A stretch of DNA of 64,000 nt from Utricularia gibba (Eukaryota; Plantae; Magnoliophyta), in the NCBI GenBank assembly GCA_002189035.1, contig NEEC01000004.1:558001-622000 (forward strand), given 5' to 3'. Of the stretch, positions 49,382 through 62,549 are shown piece after piece. The first letter of the stretch is position 1. Every line of letters starts with the position of its first letter. The position numbers and the translations under genes were made by a program. The notes beneath the pieces are model-generated. The model saw only the letters and a program-made list of their open reading frames with translations, was not told the DNA's origin and did no database searches.

Positions 49382-50992
49382 GGAATCACGATGAGATAAA
49401 AAAGGAGAGTTTCTTACATTTGATTCACCAACTCACACATTTAATGTGTGCCCTCCTCACAGGGTTCTACAAAAATTGCAAAACAAAAGTGTCCATTTCA
49501 GCTCTGCTCGCTTCTTCCTTTTCTAGTATTTTCAGAAACTCTTTAAATTTATCTCTCACGGCACTTTTGTCTTTTGAATGTGGGCAATGAAAAAGAAAGG
49601 CCATTCAAAAGAAAGACATTCTTATGCCACCATCCTTTGTACCGAAAAAGAGTCTGCAGTTGGAGTTGCTTTTCATTTTCCCTTTGCTTTTCTCTTTGCA
49701 GAACATGTTTTTTTTTACTGGATCCTAATCTCATATACCTTACCTTAATCATTCACAGTAACACATTACCATTTGGGTTCTCTTTACCCTCATTCCAAAA
49801 TCCTTTGGCCCCATCTTCCCTGCAAATCCAGATTCTTCATCCTTGTGGGTTCGCCTGCTTTCACCTCCAAATTCAAGATTCTTCATTTCTTTTGTGGGTA
49901 CCTTTCTTTTCACTCCTCCTTTATCCCCCTTCCACGTTTTCCCACTAACCGTAAAATGTGAAAAGGATAACATATCGACCATGCTTCTGAGTCCTTCAAA
50001 CCAGTTCCATCTGTCATATTGGTCTAGGTGAAAATTCAAGCAAGAAAACGATGGGGAGTAAATGTTTGAACTTTGCAGTAATCAGTAATCACTTTTTACC
50101 ATTTCAATTTGTGAATTATTCACATCCATATCACAATCATATCAAAGCCAAGCTGCAACTTACTACAGGTAATTTCTCCATGGCGCACTTCGCTCATGTG
50201 AGCTGTAAATGAATTGATGTACAGAGATGGGTGTTAAAGAGTCATCCGTGCCAATGTTACGTGGTAGATGGTAATGTCTCATTTAAATTGAGTATTTGAT
50301 AACAAAATTTTATTTTTCTAAAAAATAAAATGAATTATAAATCAATTTTAGATCATTTTAAACATGCAAATGCATTTTTTAGAGAACAAAAAATTGATTT
50401 TTTTTGTTTTTTTAATATCATAGATAATTTAAAATTATATTCAAAATAATTCTATATAATTAAATATATCTATTCAATATTATAAATTTAAATTCATAAA
50501 TTAACTCATATAATTTAAAAGTTAACACAAATTACTGATATTATATTTTATAAATTTATTATTCTCAAAAAATATAATTATACAAATATACTTATAAAAA
50601 CTAACATATATATCAATACACCTTCAATTTAATCATATAATATATAACTATTTAATGTACAAATAATCCAACATTAATTAAATTGTCTTGTCCAACTCTT
50701 CTAAAAAAATAATAAATTATTTACTTTAAAATAATAAGTCAACTGCCTAAATGGAGTGGAATTAAACGTACCTATTAACGGCGGATTAATATCAAGTATG
50801 TAGTACTTTGATGTAACTATTCAGGTAACTGGGCATAAAATGGGGTATAAGAATTGTACGTGGCCTAACGTCTATGTACGTAGCAATTAATTTTTGGTGC
50901 CCCGTAGGGTAAAATTGTCCATATCTAAGTTTATTTTTTATTTTTTAATTTATTCTTCGGCCAGCTAAGGTAATAGTGATGCTTTAATTTAA

Positions 50993-52012
50993 ATGACGGA
51001 GATAATATGGGAAACGGGCAATTCTCAACTGCCAACTCATTTTCTCCCGCCGCCGATGGGCTCAGTCGGATTCCACAAGTCGGCTAGCATATTCGTTGCC
51101 GGCCATCGGGGCCTGGTTGGATCCGCCGTTGTGAGGCGGCTGAACTCCCTTGGATACAATAACCTTATCCTCCGCTCCCATTCCGAGCTCGATCTCACGT
51201 CTCAATCTGCCGTTGACGCTTTCTTCGCCGCGGAGAAGCCACAGTTCGTCATCCTTGCCGCGGCGAAGGTAGGCGGGATTCACGCGAACAACACCTACCC
51301 GGCGGATTTCATCACGATTAACCTTCAAATCCAGACGAACGTCATTTCCGCGGCTTTTAGATTTGGAACCCTAAAGCTTATCTTTCTGGGTTCATCCTGC
51401 ATTTACCCCAAATTCGCTCCACAGCCCATACCCGAATCCGCTCTCTTGACCGGACTACTGGAACCCACCAATGAATGGTACGCTGTTGCTAAGATTTCAG
51501 GGATCAAGATGTGTCAAGCATTTCGGATTCAGCATTCTTTCGACGCGATTTCAGCCATGCCCACAAACTTGTACGGCCCCAATGACAACTTCCACCCTGA
51601 AAATTCCCACGTATTGCCTGCACTCCTTCGCCGGTTCCACGAAGCCAAGGTAAATAATACAGAGAGAGTTGTTGTCTGGGGAAGTGGGAAACCACTGCGC
51701 GAGTTCCTACATGTGGATGATCTTGCTGATGCTATCCTGTTCTTGCTTGAGAATTACTCTGGATTAGAGCATGTGAATGTAGGGAGTGGGAAAGAAGTCA
51801 CCATCAAGGAATTAGCTGAATTGGTGAAGGAAGTTGTTGGATATCCAGGGGAGATTGTGTGGGATTCCAGTAAGCCTGACGGAACCCCAAGGAAGCTGAT
51901 GGATAGTTCGAGGCTGGAGGAGTTGGGATGGAAGCCCAAGATTTCTCTCAAGGATGGACTCAAAGATACTTATCAATGGTATTTGGAAAATGTTGTTTAT
52001 TCAAAACATTGA
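50993..52012 (+). CDS. GER1: GDP-L-fucose synthase (GDP-4-keto-6-deoxymannose epimerase/reductase), intronless; true start may be 51056
   Basis: [77 protein letters not shown]. Confidence 0.95.
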   Translation: MTEIIWETGNSQLPTHFLPPPMGSVGFHKSASIFVAGHRGLVGSAVVRRLNSLGYNNLILRSHSELDLTSQSAVDAFFAAEKPQFVILAAAKVGGIHANNTYPADFITINLQIQTNVISAAFRFGTLKLIFLGSSCIYPKFAPQPIPESALLTGLLEPTNEWYAVAKISGIKMCQAFRIQHSFDAISAMPTNLYGPNDNFHPENSHVLPALLRRFHEAKVNNTERVVVWGSGKPLREFLHVDDLADAILFLLENYSGLEHVNVGSGKEVTIKELAELVKEVVGYPGEIVWDSSKPDGTPRKLMDSSRLEELGWKPKISLKDGLKDTYQWYLENVVYSKH

Positions 52013-52992
52013 CTTCCTTGATCGTACTCCATGAGGGACTGAAGAATGTTGTTTAAAGTGATGATCTTGTTGTTTTATCCCATATGCCTTGAGATGAGCA
52101 AGCTGCTGGTTTAGGCATGCCTTACAGTGAAACTTCACATTGTCTCTTGTCTTGCTCATGGCATGTATACTTACGAAGCAATGAATAAACAAACACTGCT
52201 CTGCTTTCATTTTAACTCTTGTCTGAGAAGAAATGCATATTAGCCTTCATTTGTGTTTGACATGTCCTATTAATCGTCATCATCATCATCATAACCCCAT
52301 TTCTTCAGTCCTGATTCTCCATAGCTGATAAAGAGCAGGTTTCCTTGGAAACAAAATGATCCACAGTTCCTGCTCATCGGCCCTGCACCCGCCGGCCTTG
52401 GAAGGATTGTAGTTTGCGGCATTGCAGTTCAACGTGAAGGAATGTGTCCGATCATTTAATTGCATTGAAGTTGACTGTATTTATTATCTTTATTGGATAA
52501 TGTCCGGCAGTTTCTATTTTGCAAACGACGAGCATAGGAGAACCTGAACACGTTGCCAAAAGAGGCTCGTCCCCATGTTTTCCGAAGGGGCTCTCTGATC
52601 ATTATTCAAGTTCGTTTAAGCAGTCTGATTGCTCACTGGAAACTGCGTTTGAAATTTGAATGAACGTGTTGCGCAAGTGACGAATGAGCCAGTTATTGCA
52701 AGAGGTAAGTATGATTTGAGCTTAATCTCAGTAATCATCTGTGTTTTGTCTGAATTCGGAAACCACAGTAATGAACTGCTCAAGATCGCAACGTTCAGTC
52801 TACAGCGGGTAGAAGAACGTGTAGTGATTTCAGTTAAAGACACCAAGCTGGAGCTAAGCACGATATGTTCGATGAACTTGGCAAAAGAAGTGAAGAATCA
52901 AAACTCACAGCAGCAGACAAATGTAATTTTCCAACGCTAGCGGTAGAGAAAAAATGATGCCAGAGAAACAAGAAATAAAACAGAAACAAGAA

Positions 52993-53017
52993 GATTGAGC
53001 CATCCCGCCAATATCAC
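52993..53017 (-). ncRNA. miR171-complementary site with a net 3-nt central insertion (candidate target-mimic element)
   Basis: Minus strand GTGATATTGGCG-GGAT-GGCTCAATC versus the perfect miR171 target GATATTGGCG-C-GGCTCAATCA. No complementary hairpin arm seen within about 100 nt. Confidence 0.6.
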
Positions 53018-54246
53018 CGTGACCACCGCAACCATCTCCACCGGCATCACATGCCGAGACGACGGAGTAATGGGCAAGAAGCGAAGCCCCATTTTGGAAA
53101 GCTGCGACCTTGGAACAAGATCAAAACACAACAAGGAGCCGCCACCGCCATTTCCTCTATTCTTAAGCAAACCTCCACCGGCACAGTCGCCTCCCCCACC
53201 GCCAGAAAAACAGAACCCAGAACCCCATTTCAAGAGATCAACTAAAAGAAAAAACATTTTCTTGCTTTCTTCCCATGTGAACCACAAAGCTCCACAACCT
53301 GCAGATCCCCCTTTTTTCTCAACTGGGTTTCATTTCCAAAAAAAAAAACAAAAACAATGAAATCTTTGTGTTTGGAAATCAAGGGATGTTCTGTTCGAAG
53401 ACGGGATGGAGCAAGAAAGAGTCGGAACAATGAATGCTACTGCTTTGCTTCCTCTTGTGTTCCTGCAAATACGTCTGCAGTTTGTCTGTCTCCTCTACTC
53501 TCGATGTAGCCACGAAAATTTTCCTCTTGCTTTTTCTCTGTTGTTACTTTTCATTTTTTCTAAATAAATAATGTTTTTGTTTTTTCATCAACCTTATCTC
53601 CCTTTTTCTAATAAGAGTATAATTAAATTCCCAAAACTAATTTAAAAATTATATTATGAAACTTTAATGAAGAATTAGAATATAAAATACAAGAAAACAG
53701 AGGAAGTCACACGCTTAGTGATTTATTAGGTAATTTGTATTAATTAATTAATAATTAACCATAATTGATGCTACAGCTAATTGCATGTGGACGGGATCGC
53801 TAGATTTGCGGGACCAGAGCAGCAGTTCTGAAACAGCGACGCTTCAGAAGGTTCCACTTTTGCCCTCAACAGCGTGGAAATCCCCGATATACCCTTCTGA
53901 CCCATTTCGAGGTGCTCGAGGACTGCCCACTGGGCTTCCTTAGACCGGGGTACGGTAGTGCTGAAGTAATTTTATGAACCGGCACGTGATCGATCCCCTT
54001 TGGATTGGGTTCAAAAATTATTTTTGGGAATATTTTATTTTGAGATAAATTAAAAATCCAAAATTTCGACAAAATTCTTAACCATGGCGGGTCGGGTTCA
54101 CGCCCGCTATCGCCTAAAATTAATAGAAAAATAATTATAAATATATAAAGGGAAATTCAGGCCCAATCTTCTCCGGCTTCATCCACAGCCACCGGTTCTC
54201 GGTGAAATTTTGAAAAATACGGACCAAGTGAGAGCATCGAGCTTCC

Positions 54247-55129
54247 ATGGCAGGATCGGCGATGGCGACGGCATGTTTTCCTATACGCTTAGGTGCGTGT
54301 GCCGCTCCTAGGGCATTTTCGAGCTCAACGGTTTCGTTCACATCTTTTCCTGTCGGAAAATCCCGTGCTCTCAACCTCAGCTTCTGCAAGTCTACATCTG
54401 AGCCGCTGCGTATCTGTTCTGGAAGAAACATTGCATCGTGGAACTTGGGAAACCCTCGCCCTCTGAGGGTGGAATGCGTCAAGGGGTATAAGATGAAGAC
54501 GCATAAGGCAATCATTTGTTCATTTGTTTTTTCACTATTTTTTTTGGGAGTGGATATTCGTGCGTTGAATTGGGATTAATTCAGGCGTCCGCCAAGCGAT
54601 TTAGGGTTTCTGGGGGTGGGAAGATTATGAGGAGAAGAGCGGGGAAGCAGCATTTGCTTAGAAAGAAGAATACAAAGAGGAGAAACAGGCTATCGAAAAT
54701 GGTACGACTTCTTGACATAAATTTGCTACACTTCTTTCTGAATATATTATGATCTAGTTGCTTTTTTGATTGAGGTTGGTAATGGGTAGTAGGAATACTT
54801 GTATTTTGTGGTCATCTAAGAGGATACACAATCTCTAGGAAGGAAAGGTTCTTCTTTAGTATGAATGCGCAGCAATGTTTCCTACGGTTTTGCTGTTGAT
54901 TGGTAGATTTCTTGTTCGTTGTCAATTTAAAGTTCATTGCTTTGACACCCACGATGGAAATACACATGTACCTTATCAAACCATCACGACAGAACTAGCG
55001 ACTCATGGTACCACGCCATATTTGTTTTCGAGTTCTCATGCCTCTGTTTTGCAGGTGCAAGTGGATCGCAGCGACTACAATAATGTGATTGGCGCCTTGC
55101 CCTACTTGAAGGTAAACAGGGACAATTGA
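54247..55129 (+). CDS. RPL35: Plastid 50S ribosomal protein L35 precursor
   Basis: Exons 54247-54507, 54585-54701 and 55055-55129 give a transit peptide plus GYKMKTHKASAKRFRVSGGGKIMRRRAGKQHLLRKKNTKRRNRLSKMVQVDRSDYNNVIGALPYLKV. Intron 1 is GC-AG. Confidence 0.95.
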
Positions 55130-55756
55130 TGAAGAATGTGGTGGTAGTGGTGCTGTTGTGCAGTTTCTGGCCAGACCACTAAAAAGATTTCAACTTTTTT
55201 TTTGCTACGTTCTCTGTGGTTTATCATCTTGCCTTATGAATTTGACGTAAGAGAACTTGTCATTGGCTTCTTCAACATCGAACAACATAACAAGTTGAGT
55301 TGTACCTGTTTCTTGATCAGATTTCATTAGAAATTCTTTGAAATGCACCAACAATACCCCACAGATTAAAGTAATCAATCCATCTAGAGTGCATGATCAT
55401 TAGTTCCTTCACAAGCCTATGCCTACAAACATATTCCCTGCCTTGGTTTTCATGGCGATACAGCAATGCAACGTTTTCAAGAGAAGCCAATCTTCTATCC
55501 TTGTGTGGTGATGTTTGCATCCACGCCCATGGTTCTCAGGACACTCATCAGAGATGCAATATTGCTGTGAAGTTTTGCGACAAAAGCCTGCCAAATAATA
55601 AGGTACTGTTTGACAAGGGAGATTCTTGAAGAGTGTTGGTAACTTGAACAGGTAGAAAATGACCCCAGAGGGACTCTGTTTCAAATATCGAAGCATGATT
55701 GTACCGGTATTTCTCTAGGTCCCCCACCCCAAAAGGCAACCCATATATCAGAGCAG

Positions 55757-58273
55757 CTAAACAAGAAATAATGATTCACTCAATATCTTACGATCTGTTG
55801 ATTGCATAAGGGATAAATGAAAGTTACGGGGAATCAGAGATGCGAGAGAAAGGAATACCTCATCATTCTCTTTTCTATGCCTTACTAATTCCGAAGGCCA
55901 GTTGTTCGCTAGCTTTTGAAGTTCAAGTTCAATATCTAGCATTCTTGAACTAGGGAGGGTCTGCATAGTTCATTAAATCAGAAGATGCAACTAATAATAA
56001 TAAATAAGATGAAGAAACACGTGTCTTTTGAGGCACATCAAGGCATCTGCGTGTACCTGAGTTAGCATTTGAATAACCACAGCCGCATTTTCAGGCTTAT
56101 TCTCAAGGAGAAAACCCTGGAAAGAAATCAAGATCAATATCTTGCAAAACATAAGAATCATCTAAGAGAATGACTTGAGATCAATATCCGGTGCAAATTC
56201 ACAGAGTGAATGGTCGAGAACATACGAACAACCTTAGCACAAGAAAAGCCAGTCGACAGGCTATGTCTCTTCATCACTTCAGATCTCCAATTCTCAATCT
56301 TCCACAAGGACTCAACATCTCCTACAGCAGAATGCAAAATACATAATTCGGCATTTCTTATGCCAATGTAGAGTGGAGAAAAATAGCACGCAGCATAAAC
56401 TCATCTAGAAACAGTACAAAACTGAACAAAATTTTAACACCTTTTCTCACGGAAAAATCCATCCAAATGTCGAAGGAAGTCTGTCTGAGCTTAACTCCGG
56501 ACTTGACAAATCTCTTTCCGTATTTTGACATCAGTCCCCATCTGTCTGAATTAGAACATATGCTGTCACATGAAAAACCCAGGAGGGAAGTTAATTGAGA
56601 GCAGATTAGGCTCTGTAAATAGGATATACATAAAACCCCAAGCATCTCCAATATTCTTATTACTTTTACATGATTTTGCTAACAATGCATTCTTCCTACA
56701 CTACACTATCCATTACTGCAAGCTATTTTCAACCACGCAAGACAGATCAAATCTAGGATACTAGAAGAAACAATTCCAAGACATAGAAAGATCACGTACA
56801 TAAATATGCAGAGACAGATGAATCAGAAAGAAAACATTTGCATTAACGTATACCTGAAGACTATATCCGCCGTTCCAGGTTGCACAGCTAAATCATTTTT
56901 CTTGACAAGTTTCATTACTTGAACTAAGAGATCTGAATCATTATTCTCTTTAGCATGTAACTGCATTACAAGAAGTCGTTTCTTCGCTGCTATCATTGAG
57001 CACTTTAACATTGCCAAAAAGAAAAAACCACGAACAATACCAGCAGATGATGTGCAGCTCCAATGTCAGGTGTCAGACCATATACATTATGCTTCCACAA
57101 AGTTTTCATGCCTAGTGACAAACAAATCAAGCTCCTTTAAAATTTTTAATTTTTCAAAGAATTAAAAAGATAAAGAAACATGTTCATTTAATAAATTGAC
57201 ACTGCTATTAATAGCAAATAAAATTTTCAAATGATTGGATATTTCTTCTAACACATGACAGACAATAATAAGTTGACCAAACTGAAGAAACTGCAAATTA
57301 AAATCTTAAGAATACGTCCACATGGATAAACCAGCAACTACTCCAGCTTACCAAAGTCAATGGCTCCAGCACGAACACAGGCTTTAGTAACTTCCCGGCA
57401 AAGTGCAGCGTTAAAGTCCTCAGATATCCGTAGATTGGATAGTCTCTGAAGCCCTCAATAGGCAACCAAAAGAGATTCGCCTTAAATGTGGATTAAATAA
57501 CTTTGGACCAATACATGTATAGCTCTACTCACAAATATCCGAAGCTTCTGCATTATGTCAAACAAAAGTTGAATATCTTCCTTCCTAGAACATTTAGCAA
57601 TTAAAGACCACAACAAAGCATTTGGAGGTGCAGTTCTTTTCTTCGAAATGGAATCGAGTATCTTATCGTAGACCCCTTGCACTGTTTCTACATCTGAAAA
57701 GAAATAATGTGCTCCTTATAAATCATAAAAACTCCAACTTATTATAAGGGACAAGACTAAAAAAAACCTGAAAAATCATTTTCTGCTGATGTAGAAAACG
57801 TCCTTCTAGAAATCATTGAAAGAGAGGCTGACTCTGTAGTGCCTCTTTGCACATAACTCTTCTTCCCTGCTAAAAAAAAAGTTTCTTGATACTGTTTTTC
57901 ACACCTGAGCAATGGTATATAAGGAGAATTTTCACGCTAGCTGCTCAATCACAACCATTATCTAACAGTCAATATTATCATTACCATTGGTGTCCTACAT
58001 ATACTAAATTAACTTTCATTACCAGGGAATCCAAAAACTAGAAACGGCATTGGCAAGTGTAACCGAATACTCACCAACATCCAGGTGCGATTCTAAAAGA
58101 GTGGGCTTGGGTTTCATCTGTCGAGCACTTATTCCATTCACCAATTCCTGTAACGGCGATTCACGACGATTTGAGATCTTAAAAAGACCATTTTGAAAAC
58201 CTCTACCACAAAATTGTTCATAATCAGCAAGGCAGCGAAGCTTCTTCAACGGGTTTCCAATTGCCCGCTTCAT
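55757..58273 (-). CDS. Mitochondrial degenerate PPR-like protein, homolog of Arabidopsis At3g21465/At4g15640 (legacy name 'adenylyl cyclase')
   Basis: Exon peptides PPNALLWSLIAKCSRKEDIQLLFDIMQKLR, LVKKNDLAVQPGTADIVF, DRWGLMSKYGKRFVKSGVKLRQTSFDIWMDF and ELQKLANNWPSEL match that family from memory. Not all exon boundaries resolved. Confidence 0.75.
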
Positions 58274-58357
58274 CTCAAGCGCAACAAAGCTTCACAGCAA
58301 CAGCCGGAAACTGAAGAATGTGACTCCAACTTGATGAAAGCACGGGCAGCCCCATTT

Positions 58358-58423
58358 TGGGCCTACAACGGCCCAGATCAGATTTCCGAGTGTGGAAAGT
58401 CCAGCTCAAATAAACCATGGGCC
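58358..58423. promoter_or_regulatory. Site II (TGGGCY) cluster in a compact bidirectional promoter
   Basis: TGGGCC at 58358 and 58418 and GGCCCA at 58370, between the divergent genes at 58273 (-) and about 58.6 kb (+). Site II elements are established TCP-binding motifs of mitochondrial and ribosomal genes. Confidence 0.6.
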
Positions 58424-59110
58424 TTTTCGACCCACACAATCATTAAATTAAAATAGAAAAAAAGAAAATAATGGCTGAAAGCGCAGCGGTCAGCAAGCAT
58501 TAAAGGAGTGATTTTATGTTACATTGGCTAGAAAAAGGGGAAACAGGGACGAGACGCACAGTAAATTGTAGCAGTGATGTCGCAACCTTCGCGGTCAAGA
58601 ATTTCCGATGACCAAGCGGTACGGTTTTCCTTTTTTTGCTACTGGAATTTCTCTTGAAAAGTTCAGTTTTCTTCACCGATGAAGTTGGGTTGCATTTGCC
58701 TTCTGGTGATTTATCGAATTTTATGTTAACATGCCGATCACTGTTGAGGTTTTTTTACTTGATTTCATGGCGACATTCTGGTTAAATTGTTGAAATTTCT
58801 TGGCTGCACTTTTCCTGTGCTTTATTTATGTGTGATTATGGCAATTGGAAAAGATGGCATCTTTATTCTATATATACTGGTAAATATGGGAGTTTGTTTT
58901 GTGGTTCTTGATCCGTATTTGTATGATCATTTACAGTTAACCCCACCAATCAATACCCAAGTTCAGATTTCCTCAAATCAACAGCCAGAACAGTTTTCTC
59001 TTGTCATTTGTGGATACCCGTAGTCACACGGGAATGCCATTTGTACATTATCTTATGAGGCTTGCATTGATGATCTGATAAATTTTTGTTTGCTATGGAT
59101 ATTACAGTTA

Positions 59111-59774
59111 ATGTACATTCGTGTAAAGCGAAACAAGACAACTTTTTTTCTGCAATGTGTGCCAAGTGAGACGGTTCTTCAAATAAAAGAAAAACTAGAG
59201 GAACTCATTGATCAACCGGTCAATGATCAGCGCCTGGTATTGATGCCAAGCTACCAAGTGTTAGATGATTATAAATCACTTGCAGATCAGAAGGTTGCTC
59301 CAATTTTATTTCTTTTTTTTTCATATAGACTTCTCGTCTTATTCCACTTGACTTTTTGTACTCTACAACTTTCATTGATGACGAGAACCACTCTGCAGGT
59401 TGAAAATGATGCAGTTGTTGCTCTGACTCTGAGAAAAGGTTTACATCCTACACAACTGAATTTCTTCCACGCAGTTAAAATTACATACTTTTCATCACAC
59501 GCTCTCAAAATTATTATCAAGACTAAATGCCGGGGCTCAACTTTTTTACCCTTTTTCCAAAATTATTCAATCTCCCAGTTTACTTCTGAATCGTGTGATG
59601 CTTGCACAAAGAACACGTTCCTTTATTCTAACATAGCTGGCTCTATTTCGTTCCTGAGAAAAAATCATTCTGCTTTCGCTTTCAGATGATGATGAATTCG
59701 AAGAAGTTAATATTGTGAGGCCATCCGATTCTCTGCCTCCCTCGGAAGTTGCAGTCACAAGCAGCAGCACCTAA
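59111..59774 (+). CDS. Elongin-B-like ubiquitin-fold protein
   Basis: Exons 59111-59293, 59399-59438 and 59686-59774 give MYIRVKRNKTTFFLQCVPSETVLQIKEKL...LADQKVENDAVVALTLRKDDDEFEEVNIVRP. Confidence 0.85.
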
Positions 59775-61062
59775 GGGCCTCCACCCTTATTCTTTCACCC
59801 GCCCTGTGGAATGGGTTGTTGCATGAACTCTGAGTTACGGGTGTGCTATCTTAGTTTGAATTGAGATTCATTGAGGACCCTTGGTGCATTAGATGAAGTG
59901 GTTGTAGCAAACTGTGCCAGGGACGCTCTCTTATGTGCTGAATTGTGCACAGAGCAGCTTGAAGGAAGATAAAAAATTTATGAACCAAAAAGGGCCTTCA
60001 ACGTCCCATTCAAGTTTCTGGATTTTCATTCTAATTCCCAAAGAATGATGTTTTATTACTTCTAAGATGCTCTCCCATTTTAGGGTCTTTTCTTTTGGAG
60101 AGCAAAACAAACCGGTGATTTTGCATGGCTGAAAATTGCAAAGATGCCCCCAAAAGTTGGGAATGTGTTGCATTTTCGTCCCTACGCATTTCCAATATAC
60201 TCAAGTGCTCCAAATGCTTTCATGACAGGAATTCAGGCTCAATTGTAGCCAGGATTTTTTGTTTAAGTGTCAATTTATAGAAAACTACATTGAGATTATT
60301 ACATTACAATTTTTGTTTTTGGTAATATCAAATTAATAATAATAATAAAGTATATATATATATACATAATAATACTAGAGGTGCAAAGTTGTCCCTAGGG
60401 GAATTTATAAATTTATGATTTTAGTCAGAAAATTAGTGAGTTTTTTTTCATTTGGAATTTAAAAATTAATACTTAAAATAACAGTTAATAATACTGAAAT
60501 ATTTCGAGAAAAAAAAAAGCAAATACATTATATACATGAGGCGTTTTGTGGGAAGAAGGCAGTTTGAACTAAAAAAAATTAAAAAAAAGGGGGGAAAAGA
60601 AATTAAATATTATTCACATTTGAAACCATTTATATTTCTAGAAAAACATTTCTTTTACCAAACATAAGTGACTTATATTAAAAAATAAAAATGAATTTAG
60701 TAATTATTAGCTTTTATTTTATTCCAAGTTAGTGTAGCTACAATGAATGTAGGTACGTAGGTAGGCGTAGTGCATTGAATTGAGGGAAGTGTCCATTGGT
60801 CCCAAAATTGTGAGTACATTGATGGGCATTTGGCCCCGCAGCGCGCACCAACTTGTCTTTCCGACGAGCCATCCGCGCCATCATTTGGGGCCATGCTCCC
60901 AGCCCCAGATCATTCAATGTGGATTGTGGAAGCAACGACACATCTCACATTTGTTTCTGATCCTCACAGCCCATCCATCTCATTCTCGGACCTTTGATGT
61001 GATTCAAAATGGTAATGACGTGTTTGTATAGGCTGGCTATACCATGCATTTTGGTTGTTGCA

Positions 61063-61082
61063 ATGATGATGATGATGATGAT
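61063..61082. repeat. (ATG)n microsatellite in the probable QWRF leader
   Basis: About 6-7 contiguous ATG/GAT units. Confidence 0.85.
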
Positions 61083-62549
61083 CGGAAGGTGCTAACAGCC
61101 GCCGCATGCTCTCCGGCGATGAAGCAATTCCTCGGGCTGGCTTTTGTTTTTCTAATCTTGATGAAATGAAGTACTGGGTGCGTTTTAGGTAGAGGTTAGG
61201 TGAGATGTGTGAAAGTTACGGAATGCTGCTCTCTGGAGAATAACTCGAAGGTGATCCGTCAATGCCTCATGATTCTGGTGTGATTTCTTCAAATATTTCA
61301 TTTCTTTGGTTTCTGGAATTGGGTGTGATCGTTTGTTGGCTATTTTTCTCTTCAATTTAAGGGTTTATGTTCAATGAGATCTCTGGATTTTGGCGAAATT
61401 GGAGGCTTTAAAATCCCACGCATTTATTCGGGTTGTTGAGAATTCCTGTCTAAAAGACAACCTTTCTGCGTATAGTAAACCCTATACCTACTGGTTTTTT
61501 GTTCCTGCTTCTAGATCCTTTTGTGGTACGCCACTTACACGCTGCATCAAAGTTGCAACTTGCATTTGTTTTATCAAATTTTCTTGGTTCACTTAAGGTA
61601 ATGACAGCGATCTCGGCATACACGTGATCTATAGTTTCCATGGTTTCCATGTTCCTGCAAATGACAATTTACAATTATTGATTGTTGTTTCCTTCTTAAA
61701 AGGAAAAAAAACTTTGTCTTGCATGTAGAAAACAGATCTTAAAGTATTTTTATGGGAAATATTTCACGCAAGCAGGTCAAAACTTGGAGTTATTCATATT
61801 TATATGAAATGACACCCCCTATGGTCCCATGTTGTACTTTTCCTCTTGTTCTTGGTCCAAGGTGGGTTATTCTATGTGCAAGAGAATATGGGGATATGAG
61901 GTGTTTTAGTTTCAGAAAGTTTCCTTTGATTAACAGGAAATGATGGAAAAAACCCAGATTCAGCTCTCAAAGGGGGATGTACGAGCTTAATGAATAGCTG
62001 TTGGACGCTGGTAGTTCCAGCCTATCCAGCCATGGCATTCCCGTGACGGGGACCAATGCCTAGGGACCATGTCCTTAGACAATGGGGGAAAAGAAGGAAA
62101 TAAAAATAATTTAGTAGGAGAGAGGGCATTCTTATCCCATACAACCTCTGCATTTGTTATTCAGCTTTCCCAAGTTACAGCTTTTCTTTTTCTACCCCTT
62201 CAAACGCTGGGAGAGGCGTATCTTTCACTTTACCTCCTCCCGTATCTGTGACATGGAGCATTTCATTTTTTTTCTTAGATTTTGGTTGTCCTGAATCTGG
62301 TTTATGTCATTAGATTATTTGGGAAGGCCCAGGTTTCTGTTAGCTTTTGCTTGGTTGAGCTGATGCTGTCCACCTCTAGAATCTTTGAGCATCTCTTGCC
62401 TCATGTTCATGGACTGGCAAATTTCTGTCTTTCTTCTGATCTTGAGTTTGCTTGACAGATTCAATGACTGAGAAAGTATTTTCATTGTTTTGATTGGTAG
62501 CACAGTTTGGGAAAGAGGACATCAATGTGGTCTAAATTACACAGCTCGA

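Noticed and set aside
52960-53120. A MIR171 precursor on the plus strand
   Set aside because: No complementary arm found within about 100 nt on either side, and the mature-like sequence has a central insertion.
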